NCBI GenBank assembly: GCA_013265495.1
Contig: MU063101.1
Span: forward strand, 6,562,164 to 6,626,163
Source: Vicugna vicugna
Lineage: Eukaryota
DNA length: 64,000 bases
Direction of reading: 5' to 3'
This document shows positions 63,916 to 64,000 of this stretch, piece by piece. The notes under the pieces were generated by a model that did not search any database, was not told where the DNA came from, and saw nothing but the letters and a program-made list of their open reading frames with translations. Each line of letters opens with the position of its first letter. Position 1 is the stretch's first letter. Position numbers and translations under genes: made by a program.

Positions 63916-64000
63916 TTTAATGCATGTAAGTTTAACTGGAAGACATCCTGAATACGATTATTTCAGTAATTAAAATTTTAATTTTAATGACACACACGGA

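Larger units (their letters stand above)
9008..64000 (+). other. CDH13: CDH13 intron downstream of the exon (partial)
   Basis: The next exon (DIFKFARTSPVPRQKR...) was not found in any frame of the window. Confidence 0.8.

Overview
Mammalian genomic DNA. It is almost entirely intronic sequence of CDH13 (T-cadherin, + strand). The only real coding segment is one 209-bp internal exon at 8799-9007, equivalent to human exon 3 in the propeptide region. A tRNA-derived SINE of the camelid Vic-1 type (44098-44240) points to an alpaca/llama/camel host; that call is from recall, not a search. The rest is ordinary eutherian intron: many MIR and L2 relics, old and younger L1 fragments, MaLR (MLT1) and ERVL (LTR16-like) LTRs, hAT/Tigger DNA-transposon relics, microsatellites and a 134-N assembly gap. 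All other ORFs in the track are chance or TE-derived. There are no prokaryotic-type systems, rRNA/tRNA genes or CRISPR arrays. The most interesting items are: (1) a 1.9-kb L1 element with intact 5' end and ORF1 but no ORF2, ending in an A-tail and flanked by a perfect 17-bp target-site duplication (half-L1/HAL1-like); (2) a local ~87-bp duplicate that preserves the empty site of an L1 insertion nested in an LTR; (3) a degenerate 91-bp-period tandem repeat in unique sequence; (4) a Thr-to-Ile change in the exon predicted to remove a propeptide N-glycosylation sequon. Repeat family names and most repeat boundaries are by-eye estimates against remembered consensus sequences (about +/-30 bp).
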